DNA from: Candidatus Xenobia bacterium
GTDB lineage: Bacteria > Vulcanimicrobiota > Xenobia > Xenobiales > QWHO01
Assembly (NCBI GenBank): GCA_045863235.1
Contig: BTUM01000034.1
Location: 13,402 to 77,401, forward strand
Direction: 5' to 3'
DNA length: 64,000 nucleotides
A program made the position numbers and the translations under genes. Below, piece by piece: positions 11,301 through 25,103 of this stretch. The notes below the pieces were generated by a model. That model had not been told where the DNA came from. It ran no database searches and was given only the letters and a program-made list of their open reading frames with translations. Position 1 is the stretch's first letter. Each line of letters opens with the position of its first letter.

Positions 11301-11551
11301 GGCTGGTAACCGTGGACGAGCAGAATCGAGCCCGACTCTGGGATCGCGCCACCGGGCTGCCGCTTTCTCCTTTACTGCCGCACGCGATGGAGCTGGACCC
11401 GATCTTCTTAGGAAACGACCAGCTCTTGCTGGTCTGGGACAAGAAGCTGATCGTGTGGGACTTTCCTCCGGCTGACCGGGGCCTCTTGCCCCGGGCGGAG
11501 CAGTGGACAGGGCTCAGGCTGGGTCCGGGCGGCGTGCAAGCGCTGCGATGA
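8345..11551 (+). CDS. Hanks-type Ser/Thr kinase with a TM helix and C-terminal WD40/beta-propeller repeats
   Basis: LGAGSFGEVW, VAIK, HCDLKPAN, DFG, YMPPE; hydrophobic helix; repeated FSPDG and ...RLWD motifs. Confidence 0.9.
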   Translation: MNSDETLEQSNLAQARAASLHEPPRPIVPGYELESCLGAGSFGEVWSARQCSTGQEVAIKLLLHGGVAYLERELSRLRAVSDHPNVLSLIDANLRHDPPYVVTPRLVRSLESEPDPPVARAEAWLEQALRALEFVHSRGLLHCDLKPANLLVDREEQVRIVDFGQAVTAEEGQVALGTLFYMPPEQAQPGSPSSTGWDVYALGATFYRLLGGQLPRATPEFRQSLSGSGGTRAILQRYCAELPNQELVPLRQLNPKVDPDLAAILEHCLELDPARRYQTPGAVLADLRNRRGHYPLSCRPHTPAYRARMFLIRNRVLASAAAIFATLLALTIALAFVGVTSQRDRALLEEVRSRERLAGSLFQAGLAAGGMEGVLRLAEASDQSPDSESLARISDPVERSEAEHAVAVRRVAAQAYLRASPRLEWSRPVHLAGVPERCLAADGSALLLDQDQVALCDPTGKILRRFPGSSACFDPGGSWLAVESSGQLQVYTLDGQPVGPGYPVSEDFALGGGLLAIAGDSLRKVTGGSKLPQRPETGTELVASTQGALASVGGGQVQFLPGARTTGDKMAFSPLGPALVLSPYRARLVEPATGSVLWERETESREAASACFSPDGQFVAISLTMAVGSRLELRETETGEPQGEPIFTEFTVLDLDFDDSGQILAGACGDGRVRLWNWAGFPIGLRPLAWAPLQHEAPVVWARMGDGELLTLSAEQDQETLRRWSLPAPTSVLADLQDFPLGLRASEARVLAWTDTRVRVWSGRNLALEESLAGVREAWLLGDRVLALKATGSLIEWSQGRRLEYSLPGAFQALRPDGRAALVLTTRGVFQEIELAGGRVLREQPDPGGETPVRYSPDGSWVAAAGRGRDRVVSIFRPDWEGFATQVRLMGIAFGPSSSTLLAWTDSLEGSAVVYQSGPGKPSSSFRHTAWVTRAVFSPDGRWVLTTSLDGTSRVLHAETLQPTPAVMSHGGVGLSNGCFSPDSSRLVTVDEQNRARLWDRATGLPLSPLLPHAMELDPIFLGNDQLLLVWDKKLIVWDFPPADRGLLPRAEQWTGLRLGPGGVQALR

Positions 11552-11631
11552 CGACCTGGTCGAGCTGCCTGCACTACTCGAAGGCTCGCAGGTCATTCAC
11601 CGGTTAGCCGAGCAGACCATGGGGCGAACGG

Positions 11632-12090
11632 CTAATTGTAGCATTTCGTGATCGTGAGGCCCCTGGCCGGAGTCCAGAGCTCGATGACCAGGTGGTCCAG
11701 ACCGCCGACACGGGTCAGCACGACCTCCGAGATGTCGATGCGAAATCCCTCGCCTTCAGGCTCGCCGCTGCTCCGTACCGTCTCAACGCGCACTGCACGG
11801 CCGCTGACCTTCGCCTCGCCAGGCCAGGCCATCGGGTCGGTTCCCGGGTCCTGGGACGGCCCGTGGAGCGCCAGGCGCGGGTCGCGCGCCAGGTCGGCCG
11901 ACTTGCGAGAGCCCTTTCCCGAGCCGAAGCGGAGCTCACCTTCGCGAAACTCGCACTCGATGCCGCTGATTCTCGGCGAGCCGTCCTTGCGCAGAGTCGC
12001 CAGTGTCTTGTGTCTGTGGGCATCGAAGAGCGCCCGCACCCTGGCCGCGAACTCAGGCGCTGAGTCGACGACGTCCTGCCAGCGTGCCAT
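11632..12090 (-). CDS. Pyridoxamine 5'-phosphate oxidase-like (split-barrel flavin-binding) protein
   Basis: LATLRKDGSPRISGIE, KSADLARDPRLALH; ATG 12090 with a GGAGGAGG RBS. Confidence 0.85.
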   Translation of the reverse strand: MARWQDVVDSAPEFAARVRALFDAHRHKTLATLRKDGSPRISGIECEFREGELRFGSGKGSRKSADLARDPRLALHGPSQDPGTDPMAWPGEAKVSGRAVRVETVRSSGEPEGEGFRIDISEVVLTRVGGLDHLVIELWTPARGLTITKCYN

Positions 12091-12257
12091 GTCTTCGTCC
12101 TCCTCCACAACCATGGTGCAGCCCGAAAAACTGGAAGCTATCTCATGGGCTTTGCCCCGCGCGATCTCAGTCCCTTCAAGTCTGGCGGGACCTGGATCGG
12201 AAAGTTCACATTCCGTTCCCACCCGATTGCGCAGGGGGTGCTACTCTGCCAGGCAAG

Positions 12258-13574
12258 ATGCACATTCAACCGACCACCCTCGACCCCGTACCCGCGCTCC
12301 CTCGCCCCCGGCCTCAGGCCCAACCCGCGTTAGCCGGCGACAGCTTCCAGGCAGGAGAGGCTCCGCCCGAGCTCATGCCACGAAGCATCTCATCGCCCGA
12401 GCTTCCCACCGTGGGCAGCCAGCGCAGCTTCTGGGTGTGGGACATGGCGGTCATGCCACCCGGCTTCAAGCAGATCCAGGCCACCTGCAGGGCGGTGGGC
12501 CCTGAGTCCTACGTGTTCGTGGATGACAGCGTGCCGGTCTCGGACGAGGCGATCGCCACGGTGGACCGGCGCCTGCACCGCGAGGGCTCGACCGGCTCGG
12601 TGGACCCGCGCCGGGGCTTTGCAGCCATCAACAACGACTACTTCGGCGCCCCGGCGCTGGGCCAGGACAACGATCGCAAGGCCTACGTGCTGATCACCGA
12701 GCTGGCCCCTTTCAACGGCATGGTGATGGACGGCTATGTGAATGCTTTCGACTCCCTCACCGAGGAGGAAGCCTGGCGCGAGTACGGCCAGCACTCCAAC
12801 CAGGCCGAGGTGGTCTACCTCAATCACGCCTCCAAGCCGGTGGACTCGGACTACATGCTGGGCGTGCTGGCCCACGAGTATCAGCACCTTTGCCACCAGG
12901 CGGCCGATCCCGATGAGGAGAGCTGGGTGAACGAGATGGTGGCCGAGGCGGCCATGTCGGTCAACGGTTATCACACCGACATGGGACACGTGGCTCGCTA
13001 TGCCAGCAAGAGCGACCATCCTCCCCTGGTCAGTCAGACCTACGTCAGCTACGGAGCCTGCATGCTCTTTGGCACCTACCTGCAGGAGCGCTACGGCAAG
13101 GGCTTCTTCCAGGCCCTGGTGGCCAACCCCGACAACGGCACCGCCGGCATCGACAGCACGCTCCAGAGCTTTGGACGTCCCGAGCGCTTCGACGACCTCT
13201 ACAAGGACTGGGTGGTGGCCAACTACGCCGACTCTCGCGGCGTCATCGACCCGGGCCTGCACTACGGCACGCTGGACCTGCCCGCGATGACGGAAGCCCG
13301 TTCCATCGACGAGTTCCCCGACCTGGACTCGGCCGAGCTGGCCGCCTCCTCGGTGCGCTACCTGAAGCTGGCCCTGCCCGAGGCCGGGCGGGTGGAGATC
13401 CCGGAGGGTCTCAGCGTGCAGCTTCTCAGTTTCGAGGGCGGACGGATGACGCGCACCGAGCTGACCGGACCCGAGGCCGAACTGCCCGCCGGCAACGACC
13501 GGGTGCTGGTGGTGGCCAATCCGCTCAGCGAGAAGCTGAGCTACACGCTGCGGATCTGGCCAGCCGAGGATTGA
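12258..13574 (+). CDS. Zinc metallopeptidase (gluzincin, M30-like) with a Pro-rich N-terminal extension
   Basis: LAHEYQH zinc motif followed by WVNEMVAEAA (third ligand); start taken at MHIQPTT (ATG 12258). Confidence 0.75.
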   Translation: MHIQPTTLDPVPALPRPRPQAQPALAGDSFQAGEAPPELMPRSISSPELPTVGSQRSFWVWDMAVMPPGFKQIQATCRAVGPESYVFVDDSVPVSDEAIATVDRRLHREGSTGSVDPRRGFAAINNDYFGAPALGQDNDRKAYVLITELAPFNGMVMDGYVNAFDSLTEEEAWREYGQHSNQAEVVYLNHASKPVDSDYMLGVLAHEYQHLCHQAADPDEESWVNEMVAEAAMSVNGYHTDMGHVARYASKSDHPPLVSQTYVSYGACMLFGTYLQERYGKGFFQALVANPDNGTAGIDSTLQSFGRPERFDDLYKDWVVANYADSRGVIDPGLHYGTLDLPAMTEARSIDEFPDLDSAELAASSVRYLKLALPEAGRVEIPEGLSVQLLSFEGGRMTRTELTGPEAELPAGNDRVLVVANPLSEKLSYTLRIWPAED

Positions 13575-13676
13575 CCCCACCCGGGTGACCGGTGCTGAAA
13601 GTGTAGCCATTGCATTTTGGCTCGGGATGATCTCGGTCATCGCTCGAGACCGTGAGCCAGGGTAACCTGTCAGCAA

Positions 13677-14630
13677 ATGAGCAATTTCCTTACAACCGTC
13701 AGCCAGTTCTTCGAGTACTTTCTCCACAGTGAGGGCCCCCCGCCGAAGTCTCCCCCGCTCAGCCCCGAGCAGCAGCTCGAGCAGACCGCCAGCGAGCTCG
13801 GACAGTCCCTGGGGGCGCTCAACGACCTGGCCCGCTCGCTTCAGGCCCGCTTTCCGACCACCGCTGACGGAGGGCAGGTCGGTCCGACAAAGGCTGAGCT
13901 CGAGCAGCAAGCCATCGCCGAGCGCCAGGAGCGAATGCGGCAGGCCATCTTGAAGGCCCACCAGCAGCTGGGTACAGGCCTGGATGCCGAGGCTCTGAAA
14001 GTGCTCGATCAGGGGATGGAAGAGATCGAGCCTCACCTGGGAGCCTGTGTTGGCGAGGACATCTCCAAGCGGGTCACCTCCTGCTCCTTGCATCGCCTCT
14101 TCCGGGAGGTGGGCGTTCTGGCCTGGGACCGCCTGCGCGAGTTGATGGATTCCAGGGGGCTGACCTGGCCGGCGCCAAGCGGGATGAGCCCCAGCGCCAC
14201 CCCCGGGGAAGTGGCCGCGGCGATCGAGCGCAACCGGACCGTCGATGGACACAATTTCCTGGACAAGTCCCCGGAGCAGATCCGCCAGCTCATGATGGGG
14301 GTGGTCAAGGTCTGGAGGGCCGCCTACCCGGGCGAAGATACCGGACTCTGGGCCGAGACGGTCTGGCAGGGCGTGGCCGCCGGACTCAGAGTGCAGCTGT
14401 TCGAGAAGGCCGCCCGCGCCCTGGAGCAGGATCCGGAGCTGGTGAGGGCCATCCAGGAGTTGCTCGAGAGCGAGCTGAAGGCCACTCGCGAGGTTCTTTC
14501 GCGGGGGCTGAAGTCGTCCGAAGAGCTCAACGAAGTGCTGGCAAGCACCGACCGCCTCTGTCGCCAACAGGTCCCCGATCTGGTCTGGGAACTGGCCCGG
14601 CCTTTCCTGCTGGAGACTTCGACTCGTTGA
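13677..14630 (+). CDS. Hypothetical alpha-helical protein
   Basis: 317-aa ORF with protein-like composition; no recognised motif. Confidence 0.7.
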   Translation: MSNFLTTVSQFFEYFLHSEGPPPKSPPLSPEQQLEQTASELGQSLGALNDLARSLQARFPTTADGGQVGPTKAELEQQAIAERQERMRQAILKAHQQLGTGLDAEALKVLDQGMEEIEPHLGACVGEDISKRVTSCSLHRLFREVGVLAWDRLRELMDSRGLTWPAPSGMSPSATPGEVAAAIERNRTVDGHNFLDKSPEQIRQLMMGVVKVWRAAYPGEDTGLWAETVWQGVAAGLRVQLFEKAARALEQDPELVRAIQELLESELKATREVLSRGLKSSEELNEVLASTDRLCRQQVPDLVWELARPFLLETSTR

Positions 14631-14735
14631 GGAGGGAGCTCCCCCTTTCGGAGGAGACCACAAACCCGCCTCGAGAAGGTCGTCCGGCCCACCCCCCACG
14701 CGCTAGACTGAAAGCGTAAGAGGGAGGTAGCCAAA

Positions 14736-15065
14736 ATGCTCAGAGTGCGTCGGATCGAACAATTCGGGTTTCCGATTCTGCAGGTCGCTGGCAACCTGGA
14801 CCTGACCACCTTCGGGAGACTGCTCACCGAGGTCGTGCACCTCCTGGAAAACAGGCCTCAAACGCTGGGACTGGATCTGAGCCAGGTGACCCTGGCCGAC
14901 GCCTCGGCCGTCTCCCTGGTGGCCACCGCGGCCGAGTGGATGGCCGAGCACGATGGGAAGCTGCGCCTCCTGGACACTTCGCCGGCCTTCGAGGAGGCAG
15001 TGCGCAAGAGTGGCCCCTTTCTTCGTCCCCACAGTCACCTGGAAGTCTACCACCAGGTCGCCTGA
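14736..15065 (+). CDS. STAS domain protein (anti-sigma factor antagonist-like)
   Basis: ILQVAGNLD...LGLDLSQVTLADASAVSLV; GGGAGG RBS. Confidence 0.8.
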   Translation: MLRVRRIEQFGFPILQVAGNLDLTTFGRLLTEVVHLLENRPQTLGLDLSQVTLADASAVSLVATAAEWMAEHDGKLRLLDTSPAFEEAVRKSGPFLRPHSHLEVYHQVA

Positions 15066-15126
15066 CGAAAATCATTGAGCCAGCGGCTGCCAGCCTCTAG
15101 GCTGTGCACAGGAAGGAGGAACAGCC

Positions 15127-15777
15127 ATGTTCTTCGAGGACCGCTACCAGGCCGGGCGCCTGCTGGCCGAGGCTCTTTTGGAGTTCCGCGACCGACCGGA
15201 GGTACTGGTGCTGGCCCTGCCCCGAGGCGGCGTGCCGGTGGCTCGCGAGGTTGCCCGAGCACTCCGCGCTCCCCTGGACGTGCTGGTCGTGCGCAAGGTG
15301 GGCGTACCCTGGAACCCCGAGTTCGCCCTGGGCGCCGTGGCCTCCGGCGGCGCGCTGGTGCTGAACGAACGGGCCGCCGAGCAGTTGGACATCAGCCGCG
15401 ATGAGCTGGCCCAGTTGGTGGCGGTGCAGCAGCAGGAGGTCGCGCGCCGCGAGCACACCTTCCGGGGCCCCAGACCCCCCTTGCAACTGACCGACAGGAC
15501 CGTCCTGCTGGTGGACGACGGCCTGGCCACCGGCTCGACCATGCGGGCAGCCGTGCAGGCGGCCCGCCAGCTGGGCGCAAGCTGGATCGTGGTGGCCGTG
15601 CCGGTCGCCCCGCCCGAAACCCTGGCCACCCTGAAGCGAGAAGCCGATCAGGTGGTGTGCCTGGACTCCCCCGAGTTCTTCTACGCCGTCGGTGCCTTCT
15701 ACGCCGACTTTACCCAGGTATCCGACCGGGAGGTCAGCCTTCTGCTCGCCTCGCAACCCATGGAGATGAAACGATGA
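15127..15777 (+). CDS. Phosphoribosyltransferase family protein
   Basis: FEDRYQAGRLLA, LALPRGGVPVA, LLVDDGLATGSTM PRPP-binding loop; AAGGAGG RBS. Confidence 0.92.
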   Translation: MFFEDRYQAGRLLAEALLEFRDRPEVLVLALPRGGVPVAREVARALRAPLDVLVVRKVGVPWNPEFALGAVASGGALVLNERAAEQLDISRDELAQLVAVQQQEVARREHTFRGPRPPLQLTDRTVLLVDDGLATGSTMRAAVQAARQLGASWIVVAVPVAPPETLATLKREADQVVCLDSPEFFYAVGAFYADFTQVSDREVSLLLASQPMEMKR

Positions 15778-16649
15778 AGAAGCTTCTCTGCCCGCTGGAC
15801 GGGTCCAAAGAATCCGAGCGAGCGCTCCCCCTGGCCGAAGCCCTGGCCCAACGGTGGCAGGCTCAGCTCCTGCTGGTGCGAGTGATCGAGCCCTACCTGG
15901 CCCCGCCCGACATGCTGCCCGATCTGGCCGACCGGGTCCGAGATTGGAGTCGGGAAGGCCCGCTCGTCTATCTGCGCCAGTTCCACGACCGTGTCGGGGT
16001 GCCCACCCGCAACCTGATCCGCGAGGGGCAGGCCAGCTACGAGCTGGCCGAGGCTGCCCGCGAGGAGCAGGCCGACTTGATCGTGATGGCCACCCGCGAG
16101 CACTCGGCCGCCGGCCGCTTCTTGATGGGCAGCGCCGTGCAGGGCACCCTGCGGTTGGCGCCCTGTCCCGTCTTGTTGCTGCGAGGCTCGGCTCCCACCT
16201 CGTTCGAGCGCATCCTGGTGCCTCTGGACGGGTCGGAGGAAGCTTTGAAGGCATTGCCCCTGGTGGCTCAGTTTGCCAGCCCCGGCGCGCGGGTCACCCT
16301 GCTGCGGGCCACCGAGGCCAACCTCCTGCCGCTGCGTCCCCTCGAGCGCGAGGCCATGCTGGCCGGTCTGAAGGCCGAGCTCGAGCAGGTCGTTCTGCCC
16401 GGCTTCGAGGTGGTGCGGCGGGTCGAGGACGCCACGCCGGGCGCGGCCATCCTGGACCGCGCCGAGAGCGACCGGAGCGATCTGATCGTGATGACCTCGC
16501 ATGGCCGCTCGGGTCTGAGCCGCTGGCTGCTGGGCAGCGTGGCCGAGAAGGTGGCCTGGCACGCCCCCTGCCCGGTCGTGATCCTGCCGGTGCACGCCGA
16601 GGCGGTTCGTGAGCGGACGGCAGCGGCCGAGACCTCCACCTCACTCTGA
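15774..16649 (+). CDS. Universal stress protein, tandem USP domains
   Basis: Two PLDGS...DLIVM...(LM/LL)GS...APCPV units; ATGA overlap with the upstream gene. Confidence 0.92.
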   Translation: MKKLLCPLDGSKESERALPLAEALAQRWQAQLLLVRVIEPYLAPPDMLPDLADRVRDWSREGPLVYLRQFHDRVGVPTRNLIREGQASYELAEAAREEQADLIVMATREHSAAGRFLMGSAVQGTLRLAPCPVLLLRGSAPTSFERILVPLDGSEEALKALPLVAQFASPGARVTLLRATEANLLPLRPLEREAMLAGLKAELEQVVLPGFEVVRRVEDATPGAAILDRAESDRSDLIVMTSHGRSGLSRWLLGSVAEKVAWHAPCPVVILPVHAEAVRERTAAAETSTSL

Positions 16650-16840
16650 GCTTGGGGGGCCCGCCACTACAACCGGTTTTGCATCAGCCTGCTAGCAACA
16701 TGTTGGGCGTCACGCAGCCGGAAAACCGTGTCAAGGGGGTTTCCGGCTGCGCTCCTTCGGTTCGCGGCTGGACCTCCAGCCTCCGTGGCGCACAGGGACT
16801 CAGCAGGGATCCCCCCTCCTCAGCCCAAACCTGACCGGCC

Positions 16841-21816
<4,976 letters not shown>

Positions 21817-21897
21817 CGCCCCAACCTACCGCAAGTCGCTGAAAGAAGACTGATTTGCGACAGGTGCGTGGACCCGGAAGGCGAACTGGCCGCGGCC

Positions 21898-23343
21898 ATG
21901 CTCAAACGCCTCCTGCTTCTGCTTCTGCTCTTGCTTCCCACCCAGGCTCAAGAGCCCCGGGTCTTCGTCACAGCCCGCGACACCGGCCAGCGCCTGACCG
22001 AGATCGATCCTCCCGACTGGCAGGTCATGCTCCAGCCCGAAGAGCGGCAGAATGTGGTCTTCGTCGATCCTACCCGCAAGTTCCAGTTCATCGAGGGGAT
22101 CGGCGGGGCCCTCACCGACGCCTCGGCCGAGACCTTCGCCAAACTGCCCGCCGACAAGCAAAGCGAGCTCATCAGCGCCTACTTCGATCCCGAGAAGGGG
22201 ATCGGCTACACGCTGGCGCGCACCCACATCAACAGCTGCGACTTCTCCAGCTCGAGCTACGCTTACGTCCAGGAGGGCGATGGCGAGCTCAAGACCTTCT
22301 CCATCGACCCCGACAGAAAGTTTCGCATCCCCTTCATTCTCAGGGCTCTCAAAGCCAATCCCCAACTGAAGATCTTTGCCTCGCCCTGGAGCCCGCCGGC
22401 CTTCATGAAGACCAACAACCACATGCTGCGGGGGGGCAAGCTGAAGCCCGAGTTCGCAGCCTCCTGGGCCAACTACTACGTGCGTTTCATCCAGGAGTAT
22501 CGCAAGGCCGGCATCCCCATCTGGGGCCTGACGGTGCAAAACGAGCCCATGGCCGTGCAGACCTGGGAGTCGTGCATCTACACCGCCATCGAAGAGCTTG
22601 AGTTCGTGCGCGACCACCTGGGCCCGACCCTTGAGAAGGCGGGCCTGACCGACCTCAAGCTCATGATCTGGGACCACAACCGGGCCATGGCCTACATGCG
22701 CGGAGCCACCGTGTTCCAGGACCCGGAAGCCCGCCGCTACGTCTGGGGGCTGGCCTACCACTGGTACGACGGGGACCAGTTCGAGAACTTGAGCACGCTG
22801 CGCGACGCCTACCCGAGCAAAGCCCTGCTCTTCAGCGAGGGGTGCGCCTACCCGTTCAGCTGGGAGACCATCCACGATTGGAAGTGGGGTGAGACCTACG
22901 GCCACTCCATGATCAACGACTTCAACCACTGGTGCCGGGGCTGGACGGACTGGAACGTGCTCCTGGACGAGGTGGGCGGACCCAACCATGTCGCCAACTA
23001 CTGCTTTGCTCCCGTCCACGCCGACACGCGCAAGGGCACGCTGACCTACATGAACAGCTATTACTACATCGGACACTTCTCGAAGTTCGTGCGCCCCGAG
23101 GCCCGGCGCATCGCCTGCACCTCGATGCGCCTGGAGATTCAGGCCACCGCCTTCGTGAACGCCGACAACTCGGTGGTGACGGTGCTGATGAACCGCACCG
23201 ACAAGCCGGTGGAGCTGTTTTTGTGGACCGAGTTCTGGTCGCAGATCCCCGCCTTCGTGCTCGGTCCCAAGGGGCTCCCCAAGGGCGGGAGGGCGCTGCC
23301 TCTCAGCCTGCCGGCCCACTCGATCATGACCGTCACCTGGTAG
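21898..23343 (+). CDS. Secreted glycoside hydrolase family 30 (glucosylceramidase-like)
   Basis: Signal peptide; GIGGALTDAS, INSCDFS, ASPWSPPAFMKTN, TVQNEP (acid/base), FSEGC (nucleophile), WTDWN, GGPNH. Confidence 0.92.
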   Translation: MLKRLLLLLLLLLPTQAQEPRVFVTARDTGQRLTEIDPPDWQVMLQPEERQNVVFVDPTRKFQFIEGIGGALTDASAETFAKLPADKQSELISAYFDPEKGIGYTLARTHINSCDFSSSSYAYVQEGDGELKTFSIDPDRKFRIPFILRALKANPQLKIFASPWSPPAFMKTNNHMLRGGKLKPEFAASWANYYVRFIQEYRKAGIPIWGLTVQNEPMAVQTWESCIYTAIEELEFVRDHLGPTLEKAGLTDLKLMIWDHNRAMAYMRGATVFQDPEARRYVWGLAYHWYDGDQFENLSTLRDAYPSKALLFSEGCAYPFSWETIHDWKWGETYGHSMINDFNHWCRGWTDWNVLLDEVGGPNHVANYCFAPVHADTRKGTLTYMNSYYYIGHFSKFVRPEARRIACTSMRLEIQATAFVNADNSVVTVLMNRTDKPVELFLWTEFWSQIPAFVLGPKGLPKGGRALPLSLPAHSIMTVTW

Positions 23344-23345
23344 GC

Positions 23346-24380
23346 TCAGGGCAAACGGAACTCGAGCCAGCGCTGAGACTGGGTTCGCCGCAAAGCGTCG
23401 ATAGCGGTGCCCTGCTCGGCGTTGAAAGCCTGCTTGAGCGAAGCGGTCAGCCCGATCTGTTGGGCCGCGATCATGATGTGCTCGTCCAGATCGAGCTGAT
23501 CGAGCACCCTGAGGCGCCGCAGGGCATTGAGCAGTGAGGGCGGCCAGGACTGTTCGCCGGTGAACCTCTGGCTCACCGCCGCGGCCAGCCTGCCCTTGGC
23601 CAGCTTGAGGTGATTGTAGTCGCTGTTCTGACTGCCCGAGAAGCCGGGCGGCATGGCCGGCCGCACCCGCTCGAGATAGATGCGCGACGGAAAGTCGGTG
23701 GTATAAGCCATCGCTGCGCTGGTCGCCTGGATCATGTCAGTCGCCTGATCCACCGCCAACCCGGCCTGCTCCAGGTCGCAAAGAGCGCGTTCCAGCGCCA
23801 GCCGGGCAAAGAGCGAGGTCAGGCAGAAAAAATGGTGACCGTTGCGCCAGCGGAAGTCGACCACGTCCCCCTCCAGTGGAGCCGGGTCCAGCGGTTGGCA
23901 GGGCTGGTCCCCACCAACTTCAGCCAGCATCCGCTCCAGGGCTAGAAGCAGCGAGTGCCAGTGCCGTCGAGCCAGCAGCGTGCGCGGCAGGTCCTGGAGC
24001 AAACGAAGACCGGTGAGGACGAGCTGGGCGCTCAACTCGGTCCAGGTCATCTCCGGCCGGCGTCGCAGCCCGAATTGGGCGTCGTAAACGACATAGTGCT
24101 CCAGAAGCTCTTGTCCTTCATGCTCGCGAGTCGCGAGGGTGGCCAGTCGGCTGGACTCCTGGGTAACCGCAAGCCCGTCGAGCAGTCGACCGGCGGCCGG
24201 AGCATAGCCCGCCAGGGCGCGGGTGAGCGGCTGAAGGGAGCTGGCCAGGGCGGGCAGATCCAGTGCCTCCTGATCGAGCTCCTCCAGCACCTCGCGCACG
24301 AGACGCAAGGGCTCGGGGCCAAGCAGAGAGGGTCCGGGAGCGAGCTTCACGGCGTGGGGAGGAAGAACAGCAAAGAGCAT
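23346..24380 (-). CDS. Putative heme-dependent aromatic oxygenase (SfmD/LmbB2 tyrosine hydroxylase-like)
   Basis: Ordered motifs YDAQFGLRR, RWRNGHHFF, AMAYTTD, YLERVRPAM, GFSG, EHIMIA and SLKQ resemble SfmD/TyrH motifs as I recall them. No alignment was run. Confidence 0.65.
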   Translation of the reverse strand: MLFAVLPPHAVKLAPGPSLLGPEPLRLVREVLEELDQEALDLPALASSLQPLTRALAGYAPAAGRLLDGLAVTQESSRLATLATREHEGQELLEHYVVYDAQFGLRRRPEMTWTELSAQLVLTGLRLLQDLPRTLLARRHWHSLLLALERMLAEVGGDQPCQPLDPAPLEGDVVDFRWRNGHHFFCLTSLFARLALERALCDLEQAGLAVDQATDMIQATSAAMAYTTDFPSRIYLERVRPAMPPGFSGSQNSDYNHLKLAKGRLAAAVSQRFTGEQSWPPSLLNALRRLRVLDQLDLDEHIMIAAQQIGLTASLKQAFNAEQGTAIDALRRTQSQRWLEFRLP

Positions 24381-24429
24381 TCTTCAGCCGTTTCCTGAGG
24401 AACCTGAGATCCCTTTCGAAGGAGAGGCC

Positions 24430-24458
24430 TTGACAACAACTAGACCAGTCTATATAAT
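24430..24458 (+). promoter_or_regulatory. Consensus sigma70 promoter of tetR with an overlapping TetR operator
   Basis: TTGACA (24430-35), 17 bp, TATAAT (24453-58); TAGACCAGTCTA in the spacer (24441-52); ATG 6 nt after the -10 with no RBS. Confidence 0.9.
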
Positions 24459-24464
24459 CCAACT

Positions 24465-25046
24465 ATGAAGCGAGCCAAAACCAGGGGAGACAGCCGGGCC
24501 CGGTTGGTTGAAACGACCGCCCAGTTGCTCCGGGTGCAGGGCTACCACGCCACCGGTCTCAACCAGATCGTGGAAGAGAGCGAGGCTCCCAAAGGCTCAC
24601 TCTACCACTACTTCCCGCAAGGGAAGGAAGAGCTGGCGGCTGAGGCGCTGGGGCTCGCTTCCCAGGCCACCCTGGCCCGACTGCGCGACCTGTTCTCCAA
24701 TCACCGGCTGAAAGACGCCCTGGCGCTGCTCGTCGAGCAGGCCATCGCCGACCTCGAGGCCAGCGACTACCAGCACGGCTGCCCGATTGCCACCGTGGCG
24801 CTCGAGACCGTATCCTGCGACTGCCTGCAAACTCAGTGCGCCAACTTCTTTCGCCAGGCCATCAGCCTGCTGGAGGAAGCCATGAAGCGCGAAGGGGTCC
24901 CTCCCGACAAGGTGCCGGGTCTGGCCCAGATGTCTTTCGCCGCCTACGAAGGGGCCGTGCTGCTGAGCCGGGTGCTCAAGTCCCCGGCGCCGTTGCGCCA
25001 GGTGGCCGCCCAGATCAAGCTCCATATGAAGCTGGCACTCAGCTAA
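24465..25046 (+). CDS. TetR/AcrR regulator, LmrA/YxaF type
   Basis: QGYHATGLNQIVEESEAPKGSLYHYFPQGKEELA HTH; GCPIATVALE and EGA motifs. Confidence 0.92.
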   Translation: MKRAKTRGDSRARLVETTAQLLRVQGYHATGLNQIVEESEAPKGSLYHYFPQGKEELAAEALGLASQATLARLRDLFSNHRLKDALALLVEQAIADLEASDYQHGCPIATVALETVSCDCLQTQCANFFRQAISLLEEAMKREGVPPDKVPGLAQMSFAAYEGAVLLSRVLKSPAPLRQVAAQIKLHMKLALS

Positions 25047-25067
25047 AGTCTTTGTGGCCGGCCTATG

Positions 25068-25079
25068 TAGACCGGTCTA
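25068..25079. promoter_or_regulatory. TetR operator copy 2
   Basis: Perfect palindrome TAGACCGGTCTA just upstream of the RBS of ORF 25104. Confidence 0.8.
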
Positions 25080-25103
25080 ATTAAGGAAAGGAACCTGAAC
25101 ACC

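Noticed and set aside
16760..16830. HDV-like ribozyme (CCAGCCTCC..TGGCGC resemblance)
   Set aside because: No P1 or P2 partner strands could be found and the L3 loop is too short.
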